Positions 1-11,400 of a DNA stretch of 64,000 bases are shown in pieces. Position 1 is the first letter of the stretch. Each line of letters begins with the position of its first letter. The DNA comes from an uncultured Verrucomicrobiota bacterium (GTDB lineage Bacteria; Verrucomicrobiota; Verrucomicrobiia; Limisphaerales; UBA9464). Under the pieces are notes generated by a model, which saw nothing but the letters and a program-made list of their open reading frames with translations, made no database searches and had not been told where the DNA came from. The position numbers and the translations under genes were made by a program. The stretch is taken from positions 73,432-137,431 of the forward strand of contig CAIXUG010000072.1 in NCBI GenBank assembly GCA_903922605.1, in the 5' to 3' direction.

Positions 1-296
1 ACTTCATCGAGGACAAGTCAGCGGAAAACCCGTCGGACATGACCAGCTACTCGCTCCTCAAGGAGAAGCTGGCGGACGTGCTCGACTCGCTCACCGAGCG
101 CGAGCGCAAGGTGCTCGAGCTGCGCTTCGGCCTGCTCGACGGCTACAGCCGCACGCTCGAGGAGGTCGGCAAGCAGTTCAAGGTCACCCGCGAACGCATC
201 CGGCAGATCGAGGCCAAGGCCCTCCGCAAGATGCGCCACCCGACCCGTCTCCGTCAGCTCCACGGCTTCCTCGAAGGCGAGGAAGCGCTGGCCTGA
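1..296 (+). CDS. rpoD: RNA polymerase sigma-70 family factor (RpoD-like), C-terminal regions 3-4; the 5' end lies outside the window
   Basis: Frame 3 is open from the window edge ([12 protein letters not shown]...). Region-4 HTH signature [30 protein letters not shown]. Stop TGA at 294-296, followed by a hairpin terminator. Confidence 0.85.
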   Translation, partial: FIEDKSAENPSDMTSYSLLKEKLADVLDSLTERERKVLELRFGLLDGYSRTLEEVGKQFKVTRERIRQIEAKALRKMRHPTRLRQLHGFLEGEEALA

Positions 297-327
297 GGCC
301 GGAGCGATTCATATCATTCCCTTTCAC

Positions 328-357
328 AGCCCCGCTTCGGCGGGGCTTTTTCGTTTG
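328..357 (+). terminator. Rho-independent terminator after rpoD
   Basis: Stem AGCCCCGC / GCGGGGCT with loop TTCG (328-347), followed by the T-rich run TTTTTCGTTT. Confidence 0.7.
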
Positions 358-359
358 GT

Positions 360-1592
360 TTGCCCTTGCCGTCCGGCTCTTATTCCGGTGTGAAATCCCG
401 CGGGCGCTGGCTGACTTTTGGGGCGATTGTCTTTCTGACGTCGTCCTTCTTCGCGGTTCGGCAGTGGCGGCATGCCAGCACCCACGTGGAAACGATCCTG
501 ACGACCGATTATCGGCGCGGGGCCGTTTCGGACGAGGTAGTTATTGCCGAACTGGAGGCCGCCGGTCCCGTGGCGGTGGACGAATTGCGGGCCGAATTGC
601 GACGGGAACCGACCCGGGTGGATCGGTTTCAGGACCAGGCGCTGATCTGGTTGAGAAATCAGGGATACAACGGGTTCAGCGATCCGCGCTGGTCACCCCG
701 GTGGGCCTTGCGCCTGCGGAAGCTGCATGCCCTGAATGCTCTGCTCCTGCTGGGTGAACGTGCTGCGGCCGCCCGGCCGGAGGTGCAAGCCTTGCAATCT
801 CCATCGGTGGAGCTCGGCAACGCGCTTTCCACGCTCCGTGCCATGAGCCCCAACAATCCCGCTACGATCAGCAATGCAGTGGCCACCCTTCAGCGTGGCG
901 GCCAGCCGGAGCGCTTCTACCTGACCTTAAGCTTTGCGAAAATCTGGACCAATCCTCCTCCCCATCTGCCGTCACTGGTAAACCTGCTCAAAGACCCGGA
1001 TGATGGGGTGCGTTCCCATGCGGTTCGCAACCTGGCAAGTTATGGCCCGGTGGTGAGCAACATCCTGCCACAACTGCTCCCGTTGCTGGAGGATCCCTCG
1101 CCAAAAGTCCGGCCACAGGCAGCCTATGCGGTGGGGCATATCGCACCGGCGGAGGCGCCGCGCGCCATCCGGGCGATGCTAGCTGAACAGGAGGCAAACG
1201 ACCCCGCCCGGGCCAACGTGGGCTGGATCGATCTCGAACCCTACCGTCTTTACGTCGAACTGGGGCCGCGTGCGCGGGCGGCGGTTCCGCGCCTGGAGGA
1301 AGAGCTCACGAGTCAGTCTTATCAGATGCAAGCAGGGCCGATCGCCTACGCCCTCTGGCGGGTCACGGGAGAAACGTCGCCCCGTATTGTCGAAGCATTG
1401 GGCAAAGGGGCGGAAAGCCGCCTCCAACGTTACCAGCTTCTCAGCCTTCGCGGCCTGAAGGAAATCGGCCCGTCTGCGAGCAATGCGGTGCCCGCGCTTC
1501 AGCGTATCGCCCGGGACCACCGTGTCCTGCTCCGCCGGATGGCGGAGGAGGCGCTTCAATCCATCACGAATCTGCCGGCGTCGACCCGTTGA
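360..1592 (+). CDS. HEAT-repeat protein with N-terminal membrane anchor
   Basis: 410-aa ORF with a TTG start (an alternative GTG lies about 30 nt downstream). Hydrophobic segment WLTFGAIVFLTSSFFAV. Repeated HEAT-like units: DPDDGVRSHAVRNLASYGP and LEDPSPKVRPQAAYAVGHI. Confidence 0.7.
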   Translation: MPLPSGSYSGVKSRGRWLTFGAIVFLTSSFFAVRQWRHASTHVETILTTDYRRGAVSDEVVIAELEAAGPVAVDELRAELRREPTRVDRFQDQALIWLRNQGYNGFSDPRWSPRWALRLRKLHALNALLLLGERAAAARPEVQALQSPSVELGNALSTLRAMSPNNPATISNAVATLQRGGQPERFYLTLSFAKIWTNPPPHLPSLVNLLKDPDDGVRSHAVRNLASYGPVVSNILPQLLPLLEDPSPKVRPQAAYAVGHIAPAEAPRAIRAMLAEQEANDPARANVGWIDLEPYRLYVELGPRARAAVPRLEEELTSQSYQMQAGPIAYALWRVTGETSPRIVEALGKGAESRLQRYQLLSLRGLKEIGPSASNAVPALQRIARDHRVLLRRMAEEALQSITNLPASTR

Positions 1593-1652
1593 TCGCACGC
1601 ATGCAGCGATACGCTCTTGGCTCCCGGCCCCGAATCCGTTTCTCATGCCGTC

Positions 1653-2795
1653 ATGAAGCGCATTGCACTGGCATGCGGGATTGCCCTGCTGGGGGTCGTC
1701 CTGTTCGCGCTCGTGCGCCGCGAGCCGACCAACCGTCCGTACGTCGTGTTTGGCCTGCTGAGCACAACTTGGCCGGGAAAGGAAAATGCGGAACGCGACG
1801 AGCTGCGGCGGCAGGGCGCGGCGGTGGTACCGGTGCTGGTCGATGCCATGCGACACCGTTCGCTGGCCGAGCGGGTAAAGTGGAACCGGCGGGTCGCCGC
1901 CCTGCCTGCCTGGCTCAGCTCGTCGTTGCCGCGCAGCGGGGAGTATGCGTATCGCCGCCGGACCGCCACCTGGATGCTCGGTGAGATGGGGCCGGCGGCC
2001 AGCAATGCCGTGCCTGCATTGGAGAAATACCGCACGACCGTCACCGATGAGGACCTGCACGCACAGGCGACCATTGCGCTGGCCAAGATCCAGCCTGGCA
2101 ACCCGGTGGCCCGGTCCAACCTGCTCGCCGAACTTCGCTCCGGCGGGCAGACCTCGCGTTTCTTCCTGGCCCAGGAACTTGGTGCGATCCAGCCGTTCGA
2201 TGCGGGACTGCTGACCGCCCTTACCCTGGCGCTGAACGACTCCGACGGCGAAGTGCGCGCGAATGCCGCATGGTCGGCGTCGCAGTTCGGGCCGGCGGCG
2301 CGCACCGTCGTCCCGCGCCTGCGCGAACTGCTTCACGACTCCTTCCGGCACGTTCCGGTGAATGCCGCCTACGCACTGGTGCGGGTCGCTCCCGAGCAGT
2401 CCCCGGAAGCGGTGGAAACTTTCCTCAAGCTTCTGGAGAAGGGCGTTTTCACGGCGGATTCGGTGGCTCAGCCGCTCGCCCTCGCGCTGGGCCCGCCCGC
2501 CACCAATGCCATCCCGTGGCTGGAGCAGTGCCTGCGGCGTTCCAAGGGAGCCGTCCCGCAGCAGGTGGCGCTGGTCGCGCTCTGGCGCATCCGGCAGCAG
2601 CCCACGCCGGAAATGTTGGAATTCCTGCCCCTGCTCGACTCGCCGGCGGCCATCCAGGCGCTGGGTGAACTGGGTCCGCTCGCCGCCGCCGCCGAGCCGC
2701 GCCTGCGCGAACTCACGACGGACACCGAGCTGGCCCGACGCGAAGCCGCCACCGAGGCCCTGCGCCAGGTCAGGCCGGCGACGGCGGTTCCGTAG
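1653..2795 (+). CDS. HEAT-repeat protein with N-terminal signal/anchor (paralogue of the preceding gene)
   Basis: ATG at 1653 gives MKRIALACGIALLGVVLFALV. HEAT-like units LNDSDGEVRANAAWSASQFGPAA and LHDSFRHVPVNAAYALVRVAP. The ORF track extends to 1617. Confidence 0.7.
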   Translation: MKRIALACGIALLGVVLFALVRREPTNRPYVVFGLLSTTWPGKENAERDELRRQGAAVVPVLVDAMRHRSLAERVKWNRRVAALPAWLSSSLPRSGEYAYRRRTATWMLGEMGPAASNAVPALEKYRTTVTDEDLHAQATIALAKIQPGNPVARSNLLAELRSGGQTSRFFLAQELGAIQPFDAGLLTALTLALNDSDGEVRANAAWSASQFGPAARTVVPRLRELLHDSFRHVPVNAAYALVRVAPEQSPEAVETFLKLLEKGVFTADSVAQPLALALGPPATNAIPWLEQCLRRSKGAVPQQVALVALWRIRQQPTPEMLEFLPLLDSPAAIQALGELGPLAAAAEPRLRELTTDTELARREAATEALRQVRPATAVP

Positions 2796-4575
2796 CGGCC
2801 GGATTGCACAGCGCATCGCGCAGACCGGACGCCCGTCGCACCTGGCGTCCGATGGCCTGGCGCAGGATGTCCTCATTGGCCCACAGCTCGATGGCCGACC
2901 GGGCCCGCGTCAATCCCGTGTAAACCAGCTCGCGGGTGAGCACCGGCGAGTCGCGCTCCGGCAGCACCAGCAACACGCGGTCGAACTCAGAGCCCTGGCT
3001 CTTGTGGATGGTCATGGCGAACACGGTCGCGTGCTCCGGCAGTCGTGCCGGTACGAAGGCGCGCACGCCGCCGGCCCCGTCGGCGTTGGCGAAAAATACC
3101 CGCAAGTGACCGCTCGCATCCGGCAGGGTGAGGCCCACATCGCCATTGAACAGTTTCGTGGCCGGGTCGTTGCGCGTCACGATCACGGGACGTCCCGCGT
3201 ACCAGGGGCCGCGACGGGCGATGAGCCCCGCGCGTTCCAGCAGCGTCTCGGCCAGTGTGTTGAGCGATTCCACGCCGTACGGACCGCGCCGTACCGCCGT
3301 CAGGAGCCGGAAGCGGTTGAACTGCGCCATCGCCGCCGCCGGATCGCGTTCCCGCACCACCGCCCCGTAGCCGTCGAGGATGCGCGTCCGCAACGCAGCG
3401 GACAGTTCGCCAGGTTTCGGGAGGGCCTGCCACAAGGCCGGTGAAGAGCGGAGCTGATCCATCACGGCCGCTTCATCGCCTGCGTTTACGGCCTGGCTCA
3501 ACGTGTGAATCTCCACGCCCGGAGCGAAGCGCCAGTTCTTCTGTAACTCCACCACACTGTCCGCCAAGGGTGACGCCGCGGAACTGCCGGCAGCCGCGCA
3601 AATTTCGCCGAGCACGTTGCCCGCCTCGACCGACGCGAGTTGGTCCTTGTCGCCGATGAGCACGATGCGTGCAGCGGTGGGAAGCGCGGCGAAGAGCTTC
3701 GCCATCAGCGCGAGGTCCACCATGCTCGCCTCATCCACGACCACGATGTCCACGGCCAGTGGGTTGGTGGCGTCATGCCGGAATCGTGGGGAATTGGGAA
3801 TCGGCCCCAGTAGCCGGTGCAGTGTGGTGGCCTCCTCGGGCAGCATGGCCTTCAGTGCGTCAGTGCAGGGCAATTGCCGCTTGGCCGCGCGCACAGACTC
3901 GGCAATGCGGGCGGCGGATTTGCCCGTGGGTGCCGCCAGGGCGATGCGGAGGGGACGTTCGCCCGCCTGTTCCAGCAGCGCGGCCAGCAACCACACCACG
4001 GTGCGGGTCTTGCCCGTCCCCGGTCCGCCGGTGATGACACTGAACGCCCGGGTCGCAGCGGTACGGACGGCGTGGCGTTGCCCATCGAATTCCTCGCCTT
4101 GCGCCGGAAACAGCCGCTGTAGGCTGGCCTGCAGCAGGGCTTCATCCACGGCGACCTGAAGCTGCGCCCGCCGGCGGATCGCCACCGCCAGGTCCGTCTC
4201 GTAGCGCCAGTAGCGATGGAGGTAGAGCCGGTTTGCCTCATCCAGCACCAGCGGCGTGAAGTCGCCGGGGCGCCCGACCGCGCCGCTGGCCCGGAGGGCT
4301 TTTCGCCAAGCGGTGAGGGTGGGCAGCCGCACCGAAGAATCCTCCAGATCGGAGGCCACGTCGCGCAGCCAGCGGCCGGCAACGGCGGCGAGGTCAAGGC
4401 AGGCATGACCGGCGGCGCGCTGGTGGCCCACCAGCGCGGCGGCGAGTTGCAATTCATCGCTGACCGGCGGCGACAATTCGACCACCACCCGCGCAAAGTG
4501 CCGGTCGAGGTCGGAGAAGCCAGTCAGCAGGATCGTCTTTCCATCGCTGGGGGCGCTGTGGCTGGCATTCCTCAT
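2770..4575 (-). CDS. recD: Exodeoxyribonuclease V alpha subunit RecD
   Basis: Walker A GGPGTGKTRTV, Walker B VVVDEASMVD, and helicase motif AMTIHKSQGSEFD. I prefer the start at ATG 4575 (MRNASH...); an upstream in-frame ATG at 4674 is possible. Confidence 0.85.
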   Translation of the reverse strand: MRNASHSAPSDGKTILLTGFSDLDRHFARVVVELSPPVSDELQLAAALVGHQRAAGHACLDLAAVAGRWLRDVASDLEDSSVRLPTLTAWRKALRASGAVGRPGDFTPLVLDEANRLYLHRYWRYETDLAVAIRRRAQLQVAVDEALLQASLQRLFPAQGEEFDGQRHAVRTAATRAFSVITGGPGTGKTRTVVWLLAALLEQAGERPLRIALAAPTGKSAARIAESVRAAKRQLPCTDALKAMLPEEATTLHRLLGPIPNSPRFRHDATNPLAVDIVVVDEASMVDLALMAKLFAALPTAARIVLIGDKDQLASVEAGNVLGEICAAAGSSAASPLADSVVELQKNWRFAPGVEIHTLSQAVNAGDEAAVMDQLRSSPALWQALPKPGELSAALRTRILDGYGAVVRERDPAAAMAQFNRFRLLTAVRRGPYGVESLNTLAETLLERAGLIARRGPWYAGRPVIVTRNDPATKLFNGDVGLTLPDASGHLRVFFANADGAGGVRAFVPARLPEHATVFAMTIHKSQGSEFDRVLLVLPERDSPVLTRELVYTGLTRARSAIELWANEDILRQAIGRQVRRASGLRDALCNPAATEPPSPA

Positions 4576-4825
4576 TTCAAAACGGTGGGGGTTGGCTGTC
4601 GAAGGCCCGGAAGGGTAGGGGCCGTAGGCACGGTGCGCTGCGCCGTCCCCGCCCTGTAGGGGTGGAAGAGGCATGCGGATGTCGTGGGCGTTCGTTCCGT
4701 CGCCTGACGCTGCGCTCGGCGACGGGGACGGCGCAGCGCGCCATCCCTACCTGTTTGCGGCGGTTGCCATGTGACGACGAAGCCCTCACTGCCTGTTTCT
4801 CGGTGGCGAACCGAATGGGCCTGGC

Positions 4826-7800
4826 TCATTCCCGGCCTCCTTCGGGTGCGGTCAGCAGCAAATCCCGCAGATCGGCTATCAGTTCCGTGCTTGGCTTGTC
4901 GGCGAACACGCCCAGCTCCGGCCGCCCCGGATCCAGGCCGCGCAGGAAGAGGTAGCGCACGCCGCCGAAATCGCGCGCGTAGTCATATCCGGGCACACGG
5001 AGCGCGAGCCAACGGTCCAGTGCGAGCGTGTAGAGCAGGTATTGCAGCGGGTAATGGTGCGCGGCCATTTCGGCGGCGACCGTAGCGGGCGTGTAATCCT
5101 CGGTGCGCGGACCAAGCCAGTTCGACTTCCAATCCATCAGCCACCAGCGGCCCCGCTGGCGGAAGACCAGGTCCATGAAGCCGCGCAGCACGCCTTCGAC
5201 CGGGCTGAATTCCAGCCGCTCCAGCGCGTGGGGAAAACCGACTGGCAAGGTAGCGCCGTGTCTCGCGAGCCTTGCCCGTAACTCGGTGGCGGAGAAACGG
5301 CGCAATGGGAAACAGAACTCCAGCTCGTTGAGCCGTTCATTTGCCCGGAGCTGACCCAGTTGCAGCCGTGGTTCGCCGTCGTCCAGCGGGACCGCCAGCG
5401 TCCGTTGCACCAGCTGCGCCACCGTCGGGGCGAAGTCACGCGCCAGGCCGTGCTCGCCCAAGGCGTTGCTGATGATGCTATCCAGTGCGGTCTCGGTAAC
5501 GGTTGCGAAATCAATCCGCTCGAAAACCTTGTGCAGGCAGGTGCCGGCCTCCATGCCGCGTGGGAAGGCGTGAATGCTTCCCGATTCAGGCAGCGCGGTG
5601 GTCACGGAAGTAGCCACGGTGCCGGTGTCGTAGTCGGGCGACTCATCGCGCCGGCCGGCGGTGAGCCACGAAAAACTGGCCACACGCCAGTCCCGCCGGA
5701 TCGGGCCGATGAAGGTGCGCGGAGCGAGTGCGGCGGTGGACTCGACGGCAGGCGTCCAGGCCGTCTTATCAGGAGCCGGCGGCGGCATCACGGCGATGGA
5801 GGGGACACCGGCCACCAAGGCCTCGACTGCTGCCCGCTTGGTTTCCGCTATCAACGTCTCGGCGGCCGCGGAGAGTGCCTGAACCGGGGCACTTTCCTCG
5901 GTGAGCGTAAGCGGTGTGAAAAGCCAGTCCGGAGCGGTGGTCCCATTCGTGAAATCGCCCCAGGCGAAATAGCAGCGGTTCCTTGCGCGGGTGAGGGCGA
6001 CGTAGAGCAGGCGGACATTCTCGGCGAGGCGTTCCTCGGCCGCCTGCCGTTCGTGCTCATCGCGTCGGGGCGAGCCAAGATCTCCCAGCATGGCTGCGCC
6101 CTGCTCGCGATCGTGGCAGAGGATGAGTTCATCCGGCCTGGGGTTGCGTGCGGGTTCGGCGGCGCGGAAGAAGAAGGGGCAGAAGACGACCGGATATTCG
6201 AGACCCTTGCTGCGGTGGATCGTGACCAGCTGCACCGCGTTGTCATCGCGCTCGAGGCGGAGCATTTCTTCGTCTCCGGCCTCATGCGAGTTGGCGCAGC
6301 GGTGGGCCAGATGCTGGCGCAGGCCATTCACGCCGAGACGGCGTTCGGTGGCGGCGGTGTGGAGCAGTTCGGCGAGGTGGAGCAGGTTGGTCAGCCGGCG
6401 CTCGCCATCCGGCAGCGCGAGCCAGCGGCGGCGGACATGCTGTGTCTGAAGCAGCCCTCGAAACATGGGGAGGAATCCGGCAGTATTCCACAGCGCCAGC
6501 CACGCTCGGAAATCTTCACGGCGGGCAGCCCAAGTGGTTTCGTCATGGGCAAGCGTTTCAAGTTCTTGGGCGTCGAAGCCGAGAATATCGGTCGCCAGCG
6601 CGGCGCGCAGGCGGGGCTCGGCATCGGGCTCGGCTATCGCGGTGAGCAGGATTTGCAGCTGTGCCGCCTCCTCGCTCGCGAACACTCCCTGCTGCGTCTG
6701 CTGCACCGCCGGAATCCCACGCGTCCGCAAGGCCTGGGCAACCAGTTCGGCCTGACGATGGCCCTCGACCAGCACCGCGATGTCGGCGGGCCGGATCGCA
6801 CGTTCACCGAGCCAGGCCGAGGTCGCAGGGGCGAGCAGCCGCACGATTTCCGTGGCGGCCATCTCGGCGAGCATGGGCTCTGCCTTGGTTTTCGTGAGTG
6901 GCTCCTCTGCCTGACAGAACCACAGCTGCAGCGGGGCGGGGCGGGTTCCGTTGTCGGTGAAAGGGGCGTTATCCGCTTCACCGGCGGCGGTCGTGCGATG
7001 GAACCCGATGTCGCGCACGACAAAGGGGCAGGGATGGTTCCCGAAAATCCCGTTCACCGCCGCGACCAGCCCGGACTCGGAACGCCAGTTCATCCCGAGG
7101 GTATGGGCATGCGGCGCGGCGGCAGCAGCCGTGAGATAGGTGAATACGTCGGCACCGCGGAACCCGTAGATAGCCTGCTTCGGGTCGCCGATGAGGAAGA
7201 GCCGCTGATCGGAGCCGCCAAAAAGCCGGTGGAAGATGCGCCATTGGACCGGGTCGGTGTCCTGAAACTCGTCAATCAGCGCCGCCGTGTACTGCTGGGT
7301 GACGACCGCCGCGAGCGCATCCCCACCGGGACCGCGCAGGGTGTCGTCCAATCGCGTGAGCAGATCGTCAAAGGTCTGGACCTTGCGTTCCCGCTTACGG
7401 CGCGGGAGTTCGTCGTTTGCCCATTCGTGAAAGGCGAGCTGCCAGGCCCCACGGAGCCTTCGCTGGGTCTCGGCAAGCTCCGAACAGAGCTCGAAGAAGC
7501 GGTGCTGTGGCGTCTGGTGCGGATTCTTCGTCCGCCGTTTGTTGGTGTGTTCCGTGAGCACCTCCGGCGTGAAATCGCCAAATACCCCGAAGTCATCCGT
7601 GCCGCCGTTGCCCTGGAAGCAGGCGGCAAAGTTGGCGAAGGCCGCATCCATCGCCGCGTCCTTGTGGTATTTCCCGGTCGCCCAGGTTGCCGCGTCGCCA
7701 AACTGGGCGCGCAGCTCCTGATGGCTCGCCGCGAACACGGCGACGGCTTCGGCAAACTGGATGTCGAGCCGGGACAGCAGCGCCGGCAGTTCGGCAGCGG

Positions 7801-8437
7801 TCGCTCCGGCCATCAACTGCAAGGCCGGGTGTCGCAGGGTTTCTTCCAGCAGTTTCCGCAACAGGGCCGGAGAAAATCCCGCCGCCAGTGCAAAGCCGGT
7901 CTGAAGGGAAGAACTGCCGCCGGATGTTCCGGCGAACGTCTGCCGCCACCAGTCACCGACGAGTTCGTCGAGGAGCGGGCGCGGATCGGTGACAAGTTCG
8001 ACGTCGAACAGGCTGCCGCTTTCGAACGCGCGGTCGTGCAGCACGCGCTGGCAAAAGCCGTGGATGGTGTAGATGGGCGTCTCGTCGAAACCGATGAGTG
8101 ATTGCGCCAGGGTGGCCTGGGTGTGCCGGAAATCCGGGTCGCTGCCGGCCAGCCGTTCGCGCAGCGCACAGAACAGCGGGTCATCCGGTTGCGCGTTCGG
8201 CGCAAAGGCCGCCTGCGCCTCCACCAGCCGAGCCCGGATGCGTCCACGCAGTTCCGCCGTGGCCGCCTCGGTGTACGTGACGATGAGCAACTGGCGATGG
8301 GAGATGCCATGCTCCAACAGCAGGCGGAGGAAGAGACCTGCCAAAGTGAAGGTCTTGCCTGTGCCCGCACTGGCCTCGATCAGTGTGGTGCCGGCCGGCA
8401 ACGGTGTCGTTGCCAGATCGAAGAGCGAAGGGGTCAC
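4826..8437 (-). CDS. recB: Exodeoxyribonuclease V beta subunit RecB (UvrD-type helicase plus C-terminal nuclease)
   Basis: 1203 aa. N-terminal motif IEASAGTGKTFTLAGLFLRLL, helicase motifs DEFQDTD and LIGDPKQAIY, then a C-terminal nuclease-like region. Confidence 0.9.
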   Translation of the reverse strand: MTPSLFDLATTPLPAGTTLIEASAGTGKTFTLAGLFLRLLLEHGISHRQLLIVTYTEAATAELRGRIRARLVEAQAAFAPNAQPDDPLFCALRERLAGSDPDFRHTQATLAQSLIGFDETPIYTIHGFCQRVLHDRAFESGSLFDVELVTDPRPLLDELVGDWWRQTFAGTSGGSSSLQTGFALAAGFSPALLRKLLEETLRHPALQLMAGATAAELPALLSRLDIQFAEAVAVFAASHQELRAQFGDAATWATGKYHKDAAMDAAFANFAACFQGNGGTDDFGVFGDFTPEVLTEHTNKRRTKNPHQTPQHRFFELCSELAETQRRLRGAWQLAFHEWANDELPRRKRERKVQTFDDLLTRLDDTLRGPGGDALAAVVTQQYTAALIDEFQDTDPVQWRIFHRLFGGSDQRLFLIGDPKQAIYGFRGADVFTYLTAAAAAPHAHTLGMNWRSESGLVAAVNGIFGNHPCPFVVRDIGFHRTTAAGEADNAPFTDNGTRPAPLQLWFCQAEEPLTKTKAEPMLAEMAATEIVRLLAPATSAWLGERAIRPADIAVLVEGHRQAELVAQALRTRGIPAVQQTQQGVFASEEAAQLQILLTAIAEPDAEPRLRAALATDILGFDAQELETLAHDETTWAARREDFRAWLALWNTAGFLPMFRGLLQTQHVRRRWLALPDGERRLTNLLHLAELLHTAATERRLGVNGLRQHLAHRCANSHEAGDEEMLRLERDDNAVQLVTIHRSKGLEYPVVFCPFFFRAAEPARNPRPDELILCHDREQGAAMLGDLGSPRRDEHERQAAEERLAENVRLLYVALTRARNRCYFAWGDFTNGTTAPDWLFTPLTLTEESAPVQALSAAAETLIAETKRAAVEALVAGVPSIAVMPPPAPDKTAWTPAVESTAALAPRTFIGPIRRDWRVASFSWLTAGRRDESPDYDTGTVATSVTTALPESGSIHAFPRGMEAGTCLHKVFERIDFATVTETALDSIISNALGEHGLARDFAPTVAQLVQRTLAVPLDDGEPRLQLGQLRANERLNELEFCFPLRRFSATELRARLARHGATLPVGFPHALERLEFSPVEGVLRGFMDLVFRQRGRWWLMDWKSNWLGPRTEDYTPATVAAEMAAHHYPLQYLLYTLALDRWLALRVPGYDYARDFGGVRYLFLRGLDPGRPELGVFADKPSTELIADLRDLLLTAPEGGRE

Positions 8438-11400
8438 GATTCGTCCTCCTCGGTGGCGTCCAGCATCGGTCCGAACACCCTTCGGGCGAGTTGCTCGAAT
8501 TCCTCGCTCAACGGATCCGCCTCATGACGGAAGCAGAGGTGAAACCACGCGTCGTCGCTTTCCCCTTTAATCTCGGGGCGCTCACTGCCGAACCACGATG
8601 GCATGGCTTGCTCCAGCGGTGATTTATTGGAGCGCGATTTGCCACCGGCCATCTTCCGTTCGGCTTCATAGAAGGCGAGGGCGGTACGGGGGAAGAAGGG
8701 CAGTGATTCCTGCAATCCCCGCCAGTAGAGGGCAAGCAAGGCCGTAAGCATTTCCCCGGGAGTGGCCACGGGATGATAGCGCAGCGTCTTGTCTTCACCC
8801 ACCAACAGGCTGGCGGGCGGGGCCGGTGACTTGGGGGCGATCTTGTTTTCAGTATGCCACTGCTGCCAGGCGAGATGCTCGACCCAGAGCTTGATCCGGT
8901 CGGCGGCCTTCAGCTTGGCGCAACGGAAATGCAGCAGGCTGCCGTCCGGTCGCGGCGTGATCGGTCCCGAGAGTCGAAATTCTCCCAACGTGAGACTCAC
9001 GGTCACGGGAGCCGCCAGAATGGTGTCGCCGAGGCGCGCGTGAAAGCGCTCGGCGGTCGCGTGAACCTCGTTAAACGCCAGTGCACCGGGCTGCCCGTGA
9101 GGCAGGCGGTTTTCGGCGGCGACCACGGCATCGAACCGTGCCGGGTCACGTCCGGCGAGCCGCCAGCCGACGAGATCCTGTTTCAGCGAGTACGCCTCGC
9201 GGGCATCGAGCTCAAGGGGTTCCTCATCGTCGAGCGTGTCGGTGGCTGATGGCAGTTGAAGACCGAGCCGTTCCCGCAGGAGGAACTTTGCCGGATGGCA
9301 GAGGAACTCGGCAAGTTTGCGCAAGGTGACCTGCCGATATTCCGGCGCGGGCTCGTCGAGCGGCTGCGCCAGAAACGGGGCCAGCCCCTGACGCCGGGCC
9401 CCGACGCGGGCGGCCGCGCAGTTTTCGCGCGAGTAGGAGAACAGCGGTGAAGAGGATTCCGGCTGGAAGTAGGCGGGGCTGAAGGCGTGCAGGCGGTGCT
9501 TGATCACCAGGCTGGTCGCGCTGAGTTTCTCCAGTTCGTTTCCGGTGGTGAACGAGGCGTCGAGGTGATCGAGCAGTTCGCTGATGACGACGCTGGGCGG
9601 GATCGGGCGGTTGTCGCGCTGGCTCTGGCCAACATGGCTGAGGTGGAGCCGGTCGCGGGCGCTCACCAGGGTCTCCAGAAAGAGGTAGCGGTCGTCGTCG
9701 CGCGTGGACCGGTCGCCCAGCCGGGGCTGTGCGGCCATCAGGTCGAAGCTGAGGTGCGGAGGCTGGCGGGGAAACGCGCCGTCATTCATGCCCAGCAGGC
9801 AGATGATGCGGAACGGAATGCTCCGCATCGGTTTAAGGGCACAGAAGGTGACGCCACCCGTCAGAAAGCCCGCGCCCGAAGTGTCGTCCTCCAGGGCGGC
9901 GGCGAGCGGTTCGAGCAGCACGGCCAGTTCGAGGGGCTCGGCGACACCGCCGGCGGTCATGCGCTGACTGAGTTCGTTGAGCGTGCGGCGAAGCTGCGCG
10001 AGTTCATCCGCCGTCGCTGGATCGTTGAAAAAAAAGCGGTCCACCACGTGGAGCAGCACGCGTTGCCAGTCCGTGGGTGATTGTTCGTGTTCCAGAGTAT
10101 CCACGATTCCGAAGAGGCTTTCGGCGAACTCGGCGAAATGACCCAGCAGTTCGGCCGCGCCACCCTCAATGTCGGGAAAGGGGAGCGTGCCGGCGAACAG
10201 TTCCGTACCATCGCCGGCCATGGCGTAGCCCAGCAATAGGCGTCGCAGGCCGGTGCGCCAGGTGTTCGCGTCGGTCGCTGGCAGACCCAGGGCGTCGCGA
10301 TGCTGCGCGTCACGTCCCCAATGGATGCGGGTGCGGATCACCCAATGACGCAGGATGGACAGATCGGCTTCGGCGAGATGGAAGCGCGCCCGGACGGCGG
10401 GGCATTCGAGCAGATCCAGCACGGCCGTGACGCCGAGCCGGCCCGAGGCGAGCTGGAGCAGCCGGAGAAAGGTGTCGGCAATCTGACCGTTCTGGCGCGG
10501 GCCGCGATCGGCGAGGTTGTAGGGGATGCGCTGGGCTTCGTCCTCGATCGGGTCAAACACCGCCGGCACCAATGGCGAATACGTCGCCAGGTCCGGGGTC
10601 ATCACCACGATGTCGCGGGGCGTCAGCGTCGGGTCACGCTGGAACCAGTCCAGCATCTGGTCGCGCAACACCTCCAGCTCACGGATCGGGCTGTGGCAGA
10701 CATGCACGCGCAACGAATCGTCACCGGACGCGACCAACCGTTTTTCCTGCCCCTGTGTGGCCGGATCGTTGAGTTCGAGCAGATCGCGTTGGAGCTGTTG
10801 CAACAGCGTCGTGCCGTCCGGAGCGCAAAAACTGTCGGCTTCGAGCGGGTCGGCGTGCTCGTAAATCAGCCGGAGAAAATCCCGGCCCAACGTCCCCAAC
10901 GAACCCAGCAGCCGATGGCCGGGTTCCAAATGGGCTTCCGCCGCATCCCCGGCGCGCCGGCCGAGATGGCGCAACAGGCGTTCGCTTTCGCGTCCGGTGG
11001 TAATGTCGCCCCACCATTCGGCGCAGGGCTGGAGCACGAAGCAGTGGACTTCGGTGTGATCCGCCAGGGCCGCGAACAGTTCGAGGTAGAATGGCGGCAA
11101 TGCCGACATGCCAAACAGGGCCAGTCGCGAAGGCAGCGCCGAAAAGTCGGGGGAAGCAATGCCGCTCGCTCCGGTGGTGTCATCCGCATGGGCGCCCTGT
11201 GAGCGAAGCAGCTTCAGAAACGAGGCGTGCAGTTCGGCCGGATGCGGTGTCGCTGATTCGGCGGCGAGCTGCCGCCAGAGTTCCGCCTGCCAGCCTTCCG
11301 CCGTGTGAGCGAGGGTTTGGCCGGAGGACAGACTTGCCGGAGCGCCAAGATCCCATGCGCGGATGAAGTCCGGGCGAAAGACCAGATACTGGTCGAAGAG

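Noticed and set aside
1179-2876. 565-aa ORF on the minus strand spanning both HEAT-repeat genes.
   Set aside because: It is antisense to two ORFs that carry clear HEAT-repeat motifs. Its Arg/Gly/Pro/Ala-rich low-complexity translation is typical of open antisense frames in about 65% GC DNA.
5360-8101. 913-aa ORF on the plus strand inside recB.
   Set aside because: It is antisense to RecB, which has unambiguous helicase motifs. It has no recognisable motifs and a biased composition. The same reasoning applies to 8854-11202, 9487-10080 and other ORFs opposite recC/recD.
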